In this document: positions 21,184 through 33,900 of the stretch, in pieces
Position numbering within the stretch: the first letter of the stretch is position 1
Layout of the letters: each line of letters starts with the position of its first letter
Notes under the pieces: generated by a model
Databases searched by the model: none
Told to the model about the DNA's origin: nothing
Seen by the model: only the letters and a program-made list of their open reading frames with translations
From: Takakia lepidozioides
Lineage: Eukaryota > Plantae > Bryophyta
NCBI GenBank assembly: GCA_030704615.1
Contig: CM060732.1
Span: 77,562,001 to 77,626,000, forward strand
Length of the DNA stretch: 64,000 nt
Direction of reading: 5' to 3'
Position numbers and translations under genes: made by a program

Positions 21184-21524
21184 CTTAATCTTAATTTGGA
21201 GTTGCTGCACATCTGCCAATGTCTTCTTGAGCTTGTCAGTTGATGCACACAAAGATTCTCTATCTTCTGGGGTCTCGTCTTTTACCGGCAGCACTGTGCA
21301 CTTTATGAATGGCTCCATCTGTCACAAACTCAAGTTTCATTACTAAGCTGCAGTTATTTTCAGAAAGCTACCAATGGTGTTTGCAAGCTGAAGAAATGAG
21401 GAACATTGGATGAAGCATTCTAACACTGACACTTCAGATGAGCCATACTTGAGTAAAGTTGACCATCTTGATGTGGCCAATCCCTCGGATTGTTACAAAA
21501 GCTCCTATTTCCAAACGCCTAACC
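21184..21524 (-). pseudogene. Two isolated exons of a LON protease N-terminal (substrate-binding) domain protein
   Basis: Exon about 21449-21523 (VRRLEIGAFVTIRGIGHIKMVNFTQ) and exon 21184-21318 (MEPFIKCTVLPVKD..LQIKIK), with GT-AG borders. They resemble plant LON-domain proteins; flanking exons were not found. Confidence 0.55.
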
Positions 21525-23260
21525 TGCAATAGCAAAAAAGCACCTCATCACACTGCTTGCAAGCCTGAACAAAAGCCTCTCCAGTGGACTCTGATTTGTC
21601 TTGTTTCCATGAATATATAAACCATCTAGTTTGGAACGTTATATGTCTTGCACTGCAAGATTAGTTTGCAGTCATCTCCCACCGAAACCCCAGTTCCCCA
21701 TTCCAGTCACTGCCTTCTATCACTGTATACGCGGAACACTGAAGTGCTGAGTTTCAAACAAAGAAGACCTGGCTAATACCTCATGGCCATATGAATAAAA
21801 AAATGGACTAGTCGACTAGTCAGGTTTCATCTGAAAAAGAAAATGCACCCCAACCATCTTTATGCTTCATTTTCTCCTTCCTGCATAGACTCATTCCGCA
21901 TATATAAACTTCCCCACCATATACTTCCTCCGTAGAACCACAGAATTTGACTACTTGTGTTAATGATGTGTTATAACCAGCCCACAATTCACCACCCAGG
22001 AACATCACACACTGCTCGTTCGACTGAAATCTTGTGGGGCCCTTATACCAGTTTGCCATATTGACACACTAGATGATCAGAAGCCACGCCCCAAGACTTG
22101 AAGGTGGACTCCACAGACACAGTGTAGTTGGCCCCATCGTTGTAGTGATGTGTTACATCTTGTCATGACATCCTGCGAAACTTATTTTCCTGGACACAGC
22201 TTTTTCACTGTTGTCCCAGATGGCTGGAATGAGCTGTTGATTCTTTGTTGGGATAAATAAACTCATCAGCATGTTAGGATTGAAACAGAAAAGTTTCACT
22301 ATTTGAATAACAATAACCAGGAATTGATGCCTGACCAGTTACTGGGCAGATTGATACACAACACCACAATTAGTTTCTACAATCAGGACTGACTATGGGT
22401 AAGATACCTGGGGGCCTTACACTCTCAATGCGAGCCCAGCAACCTTAGGTAGCCACAAATGATTTGTTTGTTCTGTCTGTAAGCATGAATCCATCAAGCA
22501 TGGACCTGTTGATTTCTTCAGAAGTTGCCAACATAATAACACATTGGGAGGTTAGTGGCCTCAAATTTACACAGACGAGCGCAGAGCTTATTTGGGAGGG
22601 GAGGACAGAGCCCATTGTATATCTAGACACGTTGAGGGAGGCCAACCTTCCTTTCCTGGAGGGCATGCTTAACAGTGAGTTTCTCATCTTCCTACTCCAG
22701 TGCATTAGTGACAAAACTAAAGAATGCTGTGAAACTATGAGCAGAAAAAGACCAATATTGTGTGCAGTCGGTGTTGCGGGGAGTCCAGATTTTCCCAAAA
22801 GGACGCCTGGGGTAGTCACTGTATTATTACAGCCTAGACCAGTTTTTTGCCGCATTATTTGACGTATTCATCATTGCCTGTGGCATCGCCTGTGGGGCCA
22901 GAAAATGAATTTGCCTGCTCTTCTCCTGAGGAGATGTTTGGATTGATACCTTCCCAGACAGTGATTCAAGCTTTGTGTCACCTAATTTAAATAATCACAG
23001 GTCTGTCCAGTAGATTTCAAACTTCCACCAGCTTGGTCATCGGTTCATCTGAGTAGCTTGTCCTTTTGGAGCATAAGCAGCTGTCAAAGCTCTTCAAATT
23101 GTTTCAAATTCTTGGCTTCCTTGTCTGTCAGGTGAAGAAAGTGTCAAACCTGCTTATATTCAAACTGGCCTCTCCTTTTTGGGTGATTTACATCCACAAC
23201 TTACCCTACTTAATGACTTTGCTTTGGTCGACTTAAAAACATCCAAGGAGAGGTATGAAA

Positions 23261-24201
23261 CCGTGTTGTGCGGGTATATTGATTTCAATATACCCTTAGG
23301 GTATAAGTAAATTATTTTTGTCAAATCATTTACCCTCCGGGTATGGATAAATCGAAATCTCAAAAAACTATATACCCTCCGGATATGGATAAATTAACTT
23401 TTCAGATTTCTATATAACCCCAGAGTATGGATATAGATGCCAAAATATACCCTGAGGGTATGAATAGTTTCCGGGTATGGATAGTTATTTCAATTAATAT
23501 ATAATTTAATGGTTTTAAAGAATATATGATGTTCTTCAATATGTACAAAACACAAAAAAAACAATCTAGGGTAAAAGAGAAAATTGATAAGATATTGCAT
23601 AATATTTTGGTGTTAATTTCCAATGCAAGATGGAAGAGGTTTGAGATTTTTTTAAAAGCACATCGGCTGGTAGCTCAGCTGCTAAGTGCACAGCGCTGTG
23701 GTGGAACCCGCTACCTTGCCCTGTGTGTGGGACTGTTCGTAACGGTACGTCTGGGCGTTGATCGTCCTCTAGGTCACATGGTCCATAAATGAAAGGGGGT
23801 TAATCTTTCCCGCTCCTCAAGGGCCTGAATTGTGGGCTGTCGCTCCCAGGTTGTCCAAAAAAAATCCCCCCCTAGAGGACCTAAATTGTGGGCAGGTTTC
23901 CTTATATGTATGCGAGATCTGAAGAGGTATTACATGAAGGCTATGAAGGCACATAAAGGCCCTTATATACCCTGATTAGATATACCCTTCATTTTAACAT
24001 ATACCCTTCAGGAAAGTAGGGTATATTGAGTGTCTTGATGTAGGGTAAATATAAGGATAAGGGTATATCATAAAAATATACCATGATATAAGGGTATACA
24101 TCCAGGTACCTAAACTTGCCACACCAGGGTATACATATATCAATATACCCTGATATACCCGGCGGGTATATCAGGGTAATTCATATACCCGCCCAACACT
24201 A
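23261..24201. mobile_element. Non-autonomous hAT-type element (941 bp) with 8-bp TSD
   Basis: Imperfect TIRs ccgtgttgtgcgggtata / tatacccgcccaacacta. A perfect 8-bp direct repeat GTATGAAA lies at 23253-23260 and 24202-24209. There are many subterminal GGGTATA/TATACCC motifs. Confidence 0.85.
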
Positions 24202-24876
24202 GTATGAAAGTGTACTCCTGTTTCTTAAGACCATAGCCATTGGGACTCCACCATAAGTTTAGTTGCATGTATCTTTGTGTCACATGGAAAGCCCAAGAGT
24301 CAAAGTCATGTCTTGGAATGTTTCCATTCTCCAGGATGAATAACCCGTCTCGACATTTTAAAGAAGGTAGGAATGGCTTGAAAGCAGGTTTTTGCGCCTA
24401 TAAAGCCCATATTTGCTTAGCCTAGAAATGGCCCGTTTCATCTAAAACGGCGATACACATCCATAGTATAATTTTTTGGCGTATAAAGCCATTAAACCGT
24501 TACAATGATATCTAGGTTAGGGTTAGTTTTGGCTGGTGGCTCAATCCTGGCCCTTCATCAGATCTAGGGTAACAAAGTGGCGCCGTGGGTTTTGGCTTGT
24601 GACGCCTCGCCACGTGGCGGGCAACTAAAGCTAGGGCTTTTGTATAAAGACAGCGCCCTGACACAAGGTCAGGGCGATGTACTCGGGTGTTAGTGTATAT
24701 GTGATTTTGGTGTACAAGCTTTGGATGAGAGCTGCTTTGTGTCAGTTCCGTGTGTTTGATCCTCCTCACGCGCATTGCCTGCTATTTCCGCTCGCCCCTT
24801 TGCTTTGAAACAGTTCATAAAGCACAGTTGAGAAGACGGTAAATCTGAATCCCATTTCTTTGTAAGATACCAATGC

Positions 24877-25296
24877 AAGCCGAAGAGGTATTGTTTACAT
24901 ACCTTGGAGGAATACTTTGATGATGACTATCCTGATGTCGACAAGGTCAAAGCCACAATTCGATTACTATTAAGAGAAAAGACAAAGTTGTGGTGGAGTC
25001 GCCACAAGCATGAGCACCGTAGGGTTTAGGGTTAGAATCCAATTGTAAGTTAGGCATAATATCTCCCTGGAAACTGTGCCAAAAAAATGAAACAGAACTA
25101 TTCCAATTAAAGCATGAGAGATCAATGTTACCGACTACAAACCTCAGTTTGACACTCATGTTGTCTACTTTACCTCTTTGGATAAAAGTGATTGAGTATT
25201 GTTTTTCATTAATGGATTGAAGGATACATTGAGTTACAAAATAAAGCTCATAATTCCCATACTGTTGTTGATTCAGTATATCAATTAGCCAATATT
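24877..25296 (+). repeat. Inverted, degenerate copy of the gag segment at about 25747-26183
   Basis: aagccgaagaggtattgt...gatgtcgacaaggtcaaagccacaatt...gtggtggagtcgccacaag...tagggtttagggt...aatggattgaag...aaagctcataat matches the reverse complement of 25747-26183. Confidence 0.88.
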
Positions 25297-25324
25297 ATCA
25301 AAATCAGGGTAGGTTGTTCTGCCA

Positions 25325-26198
25325 CTAACCCTTGTACACGAGTAACTGAAGGATTATATGAAACATGTTCTTCAATGCTCGTAGATGAAACCTCACTTGA
25401 GCTTTTCCTTTAGCTCCATCTGGCATTTCCCCACTCTCCGTTGTAGGGTTTGAAAGATTTGATTCTGTTACCTGAACCACAGCTGCGTGATGCGTCGAAC
25501 TCTTTGGGCATTCTGATGAATGATGTCCATGCTCATGGCATTTGAAACACCAACCTCTTCTCATGTGAGCATGTTGCTCCTTGTAAGTCAATCTAGGAGT
25601 TTGAGTTTCTGCCTTAGTTGTATTAGTCCACCATTTGCTCTTCTTCCAATTTGCCTTCTTGGAGTAACTCTTTTGGAAAGGAACTAGCTTAGTCTGCACT
25701 GCTGCTTCTCCACGTTTAGCTCTTATGGTTTTTTCTTCACCCTCAAATATACTAGTTAACCGATATACTTCAACAATAATATGGGGATTATGAGCTTTAA
25801 TTTTGTATCTCACTGTACTCTTCAATCCATTGACGAAAAACAATACTCATCATTGTCATCCAAAGAGGTGAAGTAAGCAACATGAGTGTCAAACTGAGCT
25901 TTGTAGTCGGCAACACTTGATCTCTCCTGCTTTAACTGGAATAGTTTCATTTTTATTTTCTTGGCATAATCTCTAGGAAGATATTGCGCTAGAAACGATT
26001 TTCTAATTAAGTTTGTCCCTTGAAAATTTCTTACCCTAAACCCTACGCTCTTGTGGCGACTCCACCACAACTTCATCATTTTTCTTAGTAATAGAATTGT
26101 GGCTTTGACCTTGTCGACATCAGAATAGTCATCATTAAAGTATTCCTCCAAAGTATGTAGAAAGGACAATACCTCTTCGGCTTTCACCGGTGTCTTAC

Positions 26199-26229
<31 letters not shown>

Positions 26230-27566
26230 CATTTTTTTTACTTCCTTGGTAATATCTTTTCTCCTTTGTGCCTTATGAACTGCAACAATACTTGTATTAG
26301 ACTCCTTGGAACCATTGTCCGTTACTAGAGTTCTATGTTGTCGATCTCCTCCTCTGTCTTTTCTGCAATGCCGACCGGCATTTCTCCTGACCATTCGACC
26401 TTTGCCTTTCTTGGGGTCTAATCCTTTTCGAACCAATTGAACGGCTCCTCCGGTTTGGATCTCCAACCTCCTCGGCCCTAACGATTCATATGATAGCTAC
26501 CATTTGCTCATTTGTAAACAAACTAGTGTCTATCCTCTAAACTGTTGTTTTAGGAACAATATGAGTCTGTTCATGTCCTGACCTAACTGTATCATGCGGC
26601 ACAATGTATCATGTACTATTCTGGATCCTAACATAGAGCTACTAGAACCTTACATAAGTTAGCTCATAAAAAGTTCAACTCAACATGAGGCTCTGATACC
26701 ATATATCACGTTCCTCTCTCTAGGTAAAGCCAGAACAGTCTGACTAGAAGCTAAAAGCTCGGTTCAACTAGAATATGATCATTGAACCGCCCATCCACCC
26801 TCAAGCTTCTATCATCAAATTTATTATCAATCTATCTATCAATCTATCTCAAAGTCTGTCTATCAATCCTCAAGTGTTCTACTCTAAAAATCCTCTTCCT
26901 TATATAGGCAGTCCGGCTGCTCCTTCAGTGACCCATAAATACCCATCCAAATATATCTAGTAAAAGGGTTCAATGGAGGGTTGATACTTCTCCTTCCATC
27001 AATATCAATACCAGTATTGTATCCATGCACTACAACGGAATCCGGCTTTTACGTCTGCTATTTTCCAGTCGTATCAGCCTTTTATGACTACATGACTGCC
27101 TAGTCAGATAAACCCAGTCAATTGTGACAAATGAGTCGTAAGCGCCATAAAGTCGTATCTGCCAGTCGTGGAGCTCACTGTTGACGTAGCAACGGGGACG
27201 CCTAATCATAGTCATTGAGAAGACCGTAGTAAATGACTGCGAATCCATGTCAGCTTCACGTGGAATGGAAGGGATATGCCACGTGTCACGTCAAAGAGAA
27301 GGCGACGGGGTCTTTACGACTCGCATATATGACTTCCGCATATTAAGGACAACACGTGGAGAAGACTGGACATGACACGTGGAATCAAATTATGCAGGAT
27401 GGGGGTGGTTGTTATGACTGGAGCATATGACTTCCATGGTGCACTCTAGATACTGCACGTGGCACGAGTATGGGCGAACACGAGGGGTGAAAGTGACACG
27501 TGGCGGAGGCTCTGTGGATGGGAGGTAGTCGTGTACATGACCGTAGTCATGGGCCTAACTCTAGCA
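25325..27566 (-). mobile_element. Truncated LTR retrotransposon (Ty3/gypsy-like): LTR, tRNA-Met PBS and frameshifted gag; no pol
   Basis: PBS TGGTATCAGAGC at 26690-26701. The putative LTR at about 26704-27566 has a TATA box near 26901. gag ORFs 25822-26466 and 25325-25843 include LEEYF, LWW, LKQERSSVADYKAQF, FVNGLK and a CX2CX4HX4C knuckle (CFKCHEHGHHSSEC). An in-frame (AT)n tract lies at about 26202-26229. Confidence 0.85.
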
Positions 27567-27816
27567 CCATTGAAAGCATACGAAAACACCATTGAAATTG
27601 GAACATCGATCATTTAGGTCTTTCCCAAGTCTTTCAGGAATAAAACGTCATATACTCCCCATGGTGTACAACGTGACTTAATGTTCAAAGATCCGTTTTA
27701 TAATCTAATCCGGTGCTACTACAAAAATGCACAAAGCTGCAAAGTCTATGTAGACTTCCAAATGCCTGAGCAGAAGATGCATACACTGACATCTCTCAAA
27801 TTTCAGCAATCCACTA

Positions 27817-29785
27817 CCTTCATTAGCAGTGCTTGATTTTATTAATTGTGCCGCTGCTGCTGCGGCTTCCAGTTGACCATCTACCCATGCAGGTTTCTTC
27901 TAGCTATCCTTCCATAATGAATCATACGTAATGTGGAGCTTGAAAATCCAGCCTTCTTGGATGAATCTGCGCCCACACTCTATCCCTGCTCCTTCATGCC
28001 CATGAGGGTATTGTTCATAATCACATCTGGTACAATTCCAGCTTTGGTGATGCAACCATGTACCTCTTTGCATGTGCTTTCCAGGGCTGCCAGGCTTGTA
28101 CACGCACTGCAAACGCACACAAACATGATGTGGTCGAGCTTCACCCCTTCCCCCATCATTTGCTTTCAGGTCTCCAAAGCCCCATCCCGCGCTCCTGCTC
28201 TGCACGCCCTCATCACAAGGGCATATTTCAGAACAACATCAATTCAATTCCAGCTTGGACGATGTCACCACAAAACCCGTCTTCACTCATTGCCTACTCC
28301 AGTTAAGTGCAATTATAGGCTAGGCTGATACCACATCTCATTCAGCCATATTATCAAACTGCATGTCATTTGTATCCTTGTAGTTGTACCCAAACTTGGC
28401 ATATATGTTCACTACGACAACATTCAGAATCACATCAGATACAATACTAGCTTTGACGATATTACCGTGGACCTCTGCACCATTTTTCAGGGCTGTCAGG
28501 CTTGCATTTGACATATATATCCACCAAGCAGTGTTTAGAGACATCTAGTGGTACAATTCCAGCTTTGACAATGTCACCATGGACCGTTGCGTCCTTTCTA
28601 GGGCTACCACACTCACATTTGACATACATGTACACCAAGGGAATGTTCAGAATGACATCAGGTACAATTCCAGCTTTGATGATGTCACCATGAACCTCTT
28701 GGTCCCTTTCCAGGGCTTCTAGGCTCGCATATGCATATTACAAACACAAATGAACATGACCTGGTCTGGCTTCATCTTTTCCCATATCATTTGCTCTTAG
28801 TTTTCCAAAGCCTTAATCCCACACCCATGCTGCACATACCTTGCAATCATGGCACTCCACAACACCACATCTCATTTAGCCATGTTGTCGAACTCTCCCT
28901 TCACATCAGGCTTGCTGCACCCATATGTGGCATACATGTCCACCGGGGCAGTGTTCAGAATGACAACTAGTACAATTTCAGCTTTGACGATGGAAAATGG
29001 CAAAGAGTTATCCCAATATCCCGCTACCAATGAGTTCAATGCATTTCCTTGTCACATTGGCAATGTCATGTCAAAGTCACTTCCAACTATATTCACTCAA
29101 CATCTAACTTGCAGAATTCAACATGAAAATTGAAGGCTGATTCTGATAAGAGGGGAAAACATGGTGAAATGTGTTGAAGGAGGTGCCTTCATTAGCAGTG
29201 CTTGATTTTATCAATTGTGCCGCTGCTGCTGCGGCTTCCAGTTGACCATCTATCCATGCAAGTTTCTTGTATCTATCCTTCCAGAGGGAATCATAGGTAA
29301 CGTGGAGCTTGAAATCCGGCCGTCTTGGATGAATCTGGACACACACTCTATCCCTGCTCCTTCTGCTCTCTATGACACTACAAAAAACAAGCATACATCT
29401 TTGTCTTCCTACTAGCAGCTGACAATGACAGCCTAGAATTGTTCTAGCAAATACCCCCAACCCTACTTATCAACGAGCAACGAGCAAACTTACAACATTC
29501 AATATGCATCTCAGGGCCAAGTCTGGTGAGAGGGCAAAACAAGCTGAAATAGGTCGAAGAAGAAGGTGCCCAGGTTTCTTGTAGCTCTGATCCACTGGGA
29601 ATCATATGTAATCTTGTGCTTGATATCCTGCCCTATTGGATGAATCTAGACCCACACTCTATCCTTGCTCCTTCAGCTATCCCAGCCTCTGCACACATCA
29701 CGCATACATCCCCGCCTTGCTTCGAACGGCTGACATTGACGGCCTAGATTTGTTCTAGCAAACACCCCAACCCTACTCATAACAC
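27817..29785 (-). repeat. Direct repeats of an unidentified degenerate coding-like fragment (copies at about 27817-27996, 29186-29468, 29590-29780)
   Basis: Shared blocks ccttcattagcagtgcttgatttt..tgccgctgctgctgcggcttccagttgaccatcta and tggatgaatct..cacactctatcc.tgctccttc. They translate as EGAGIECG.RFIQEG / YDSLWKD..KK.AW.DGQLEAAAAAAQ. Confidence 0.75.
27997..28992 (-). pseudogene. PLS-class pentatricopeptide repeat (PPR) gene debris
   Basis: Repeated motifs ASLTALKNGAEVHGNIVKASIVSDVILNVVVVNIYAKFG, ..VHGDIIKAGIVPDVILN..LVYMYVKC and ..FDNMAE, with many stops and frameshifts. Confidence 0.85.
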
Positions 29786-30071
29786 ACTAGTTCCTATGCT
29801 GAATGGCGTCTCCTTCTCTTTGGATTGTAACAGGCATTCACTTTTTTTCCTCGATCGTCCCACCCTTGACTGGGGTCGGAAAATTATTCCTTCCACAACT
29901 TCTCCTCATCCCTATATGTTCTTGGATACTTTCCTGTTGCCAAAAAAATTTAGACCGCCATAGATCAACCCAACAAGCTAACTTGTAGAATTCAACATGG
30001 AAATCAGGGTCGACTTTGATAAGAGGGCAAAACAGGCTGAAATGTGCTGAAGACCTACCCCCTATCCCACC

Positions 30072-30241
30072 AGCTCCGCTCGTCGTCTCTCATGATCAGA
30101 CTCGACCCTAAAACAAAACAAACATAGCTCCGCCCTATTCGACGTCTCTCATGATCAGACTCGACACTAAAAGAAAGTAAACACAGCTCCGTCCTGATTG
30201 TTGTCTCTCACGATCAAACTCGACACAAAGAAAACAAACAG
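30072..30241. repeat. Tandem repeat, 3 x about 55-60 bp
   Basis: Unit agctccg...gtctctcatgatcagactcgac...aaaacaaac repeated three times with divergence. Confidence 0.85.
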
Positions 30242-30777
30242 ATGGCTGGAGAGACAAAAAAACGCTAAGTCCCCTCTACTCATGACTAGATGGATGAGAA
30301 GACATTACATTTATCATGGTAATTCCACTGTGGAACGATTGAGTTAAGAATCTAAGATCGTTATTTTTCAGATATGAGCCAGGCATGAGTCTAGGGAATT
30401 CTTAAGGAACCGGGGAACAGGGAACCAAGACAAGTTATTGAAAATAGATTTTCCCTTATATTGTTTTTTTTTTTTTTTAAAGTGTTATGTTTAAAGAGCC
30501 TGGTTGGTCATATCTTTGTCAAATGAGCTCCGTTTGACGCAATTTTTAGGGGGATGGCTGCAGAAAGTGCAAAATCTATTTACCTAGACATGTAGTTTTT
30601 TTTTGGACCTGACCAGAAATCTATAGAATTTTTCTAATGTAAATTAGATCCTCGATAGATGGATGGATTTTGGGTTTTCCATCAATACATCCATCCATTC
30701 ATTTGTTTTTCCATTTTTTGGCCATTTTAATTTCATCCATTCATCCAAAATAAATCTTTAAATGAGTTTCACTGTCA

Positions 30778-30962
30778 GTTCATCCAATTGTTGTCAGCTC
30801 AGCGTTTGCATTATCATTCGTTCATATGTTCATCCAATAGTTGCCAGCAAGGCGTTTGTTGTATCATTCGTTCATTCGTTCATACATTCATTCAGTGCAC
30901 AAAAGTTATGTTTGATACGTTCATCCAATAGTTGCCAGCGAGGCATTTGTGTATCATTCGTT
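30778..30962. repeat. Degenerate repeat, 3 x about 45 bp, in a TTCATCC-rich zone
   Basis: gttcatccaat(a/t)gttg(c/t)cagc...tatcattcgtt at about 30778, 30828 and 30919. Confidence 0.75.
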
Positions 30963-33900
30963 GAGATAATACAGCTGTTTTGTTTCACTACCTTAACCAG
31001 CACTCGATTAGTTTTACTGTTAATCTGCTGGGTCAGTAAAACAATAGTTAAATATTTTTACTACTTATTATCCTCATACTTAACACGACCTAACAACCCT
31101 AAATTCAAGCACATTCATCCTAATTCATCCTAATCATTCATTCATTCACAGGGTGTGGCTTAGTGCCCGCGAGCAATGATATGTTGACACGTCGTCATTT
31201 GCAATCACATCCTGCATATGTTTCATCTATTTATGTTTGCATCGTCTACTTAGACACTCATTGGGCAACCGGCAATCGCCACGTGCACTTGTGAATACTG
31301 GCAGTCATACTTCCCATGCCCACGTCATCCTGTTGCAGTTTTGGCCATGACTCCTAGTCGTATCTACCATCTTCCCCTATCTGGTCAAACATGTTTGACC
31401 GCAGATCCTGACGTGGCGGAGGTATAAGGTGGTATATATGACTTCTGCTGGTCACAAATGGCAACCAAGACTGCCCCATTGCATTTTGTAGACATATATG
31501 CTACGACTAGGCAAATGTGGCAGACGTTAAAGCCGGAATCTGTTGTAGTGATGTTGAATATATAATTTCTGTAACCTTGAATAGTGCTTTAGTACCACTT
31601 AATACAACTGGTTTTATCAATCCACAAGTCATAATTAGCCTTGCCCAAATCTGTGTTTATATTCCAACACAAAATATACGATGGTTCTATGATGTTAGGT
31701 CTCGCATGTCATGGTTGTGTAGCCCTTCACTCATTTGACATGGTTGAACGGGAGCCAAACCCCTTTTGTATATGATGCACACTGAAGGTCTACCCCATTG
31801 CCTCTTCTAGTGACATTTTGCAAAGGAAAATATCTCTGATATCAATGAATGAGTCTTTGTTGTAGGCTCATGTTTGACCGACATAGTGTTTTCAAGCCTT
31901 GGAGCTTTGAACATCTCACAAGTGATTGTGGAATGATATTACATAAAGTTTGGCAACTCTTCAACGACACACATGGTACTAAGTAGCCCCAAAATCAATC
32001 CAACAAAATCAACAGTAGCCCAATGACTAACTGTTGTTAGCGAGCAGTTGATTTCTAATATTTGTGTTCATTTTTTCAGTTATTTGATTGGAATCACATG
32101 CACTCTAATTATAAATACAACAGAATGTAAAATCAACAGGTCGTTCGTGAATTGTTTTTTTGTTCTGCAGCTCTTCTAAAATGATAGAACATATTAAAAT
32201 CTGTTTTAAATATTTGTATTAGTTTGCATTCCATTTTCTTTTATGACGTCTGATTTGCTTTTGTGGTAGATGTTTACATTTATGGTCTTTGAACTATTTT
32301 TTTTCTTTCATTCTTGTCCTCATTGTTATATGTAGCTTGAAGTAACGGAAGATGATAGTCTTTTATGTGAAATAGCACCATATTAAGTTAGGTAGAGTCC
32401 TTCTCTCTTTGGAAGAATGATTAGAAAATACATGTAAACATTTCGAGATGACATACAAGGTCAAGAGGAACATATTGATGGGTTGCACTAACGTGAACAT
32501 AGTTTCCTCTAAGAAAGCAAACTCTTTGCATACCATTTGGAGTATACAAATCTCTAGTGAGAGATTTGACTTTCGCGATCAAAACCTTGAATGCTAGTTT
32601 GAGAATTAGGACTTATAGCAAAGTGAGAGAACCAAATGTTTAGTTGGGAAGATGTAAGATGACAATCGTCGATTAATGCTAGTATGCAATAGATAAATTG
32701 ATTGTCTATATCCTACTAAGATGAGTTGGCATATGCAAGTGCACTAATTGGTCATCCACCCGAATGAGGACTATGTGATGGTTTTTAAAGCAATGCATGA
32801 TTGAACAAATAAAACTCGTAATATTTTTTTATTCTTTTGTATAAGCTGTTAATGATTTTGGATCTACTCTAATATTGATTGTTCTTTCAAATTTCTATCT
32901 TCCAAAATAGTAGTCGTTGACATATGTAAACTCGTTGCATACAATATGTAATATTATGGGCTCTCGGTTGAACTTAACTCAACTCTACAAGACTCCCTAA
33001 ATAACCTCATCAAAAAGATATTTGATACAATAGATGTTATTTATAATATTTATTTTTCTAAGGTATCTTTTTTCAAAATGTTAGACCGGCTATAGTTGGT
33101 CATCCATACTGGGATGACCGATTCAAAATACATGTATAAGCCAAAAATTCGTTATGACCCAACTTTGGACACACACACACTTAAGGTTAGATGTTAATGG
33201 CATTTCATCTTGCACCATTGATGTACAATGGTGGTTGGTAAATGATATATACTTGTTTTCGTCCAACTTAAAAACCATCATCCTTAAACATTAATCATCA
33301 TGTTTGATGTGTTCAAGACCAATTAAACAAAGCCCAAGCCTACGGTGACCTGCTACTAATCTTCATTATATTACACTAAAATATAGATTAATTTGAGTCA
33401 TGATGATTTTGAATGGAGTATTTACTACATATTCAAGAAAGCATTGGGAAAAAGAAATAAGTGGTGATGATATGACAATGAGTTGTTGTGGTTTGCTGCA
33501 ACTCATTGTTTCTTTCTCACATTTGAATTTTAACAGCTGAAGTAACTTGAGAAGTTTGGATTTGGCCAATGTACCATGGTCTGTGCTGACTACATCAAAG
33601 CTCACACAAGGACTTAACTTCTTGATTTGAGTTGCATGCGAGGGCTTCTCTAATGCTGATTCCGGGGACGGATGACACACCGAATTGGAAGAGTAGAAGA
33701 GGGGGATGCAGATAAAACATCTCTTACTTTGCAGGAGGCCAGAGCAATCTGGTCAAGGTTGCACGAATGAGAGTCTCGTTTCAGAAGAAGAATGTAAACG
33801 CAATGTCCGCGGTGTCCAAGAAGAAGGATAAGATAATGTCGGGCTCTGAGGTGAATAATAGGGGTTAGGGTTTGGATTTATCAGATTGCACTGGAGTTTT

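Noticed and set aside
24570-24600. aacaaagTGGCGCCGT resembling an LTR end plus PBS
   Set aside because: No LTR boundary, partner LTR or continuous gag start could be supported.
26202-26229. IYIYIYIY tract in gag
   Set aside because: Translation of an (AT)n microsatellite expansion in a dead element.
30072-30241. Repeat-spacer-like array resembling a mini CRISPR
   Set aside because: Only three degenerate units, the 'spacers' are similar to each other, there are no cas genes, and the context is eukaryotic. It is an ordinary tandem repeat.
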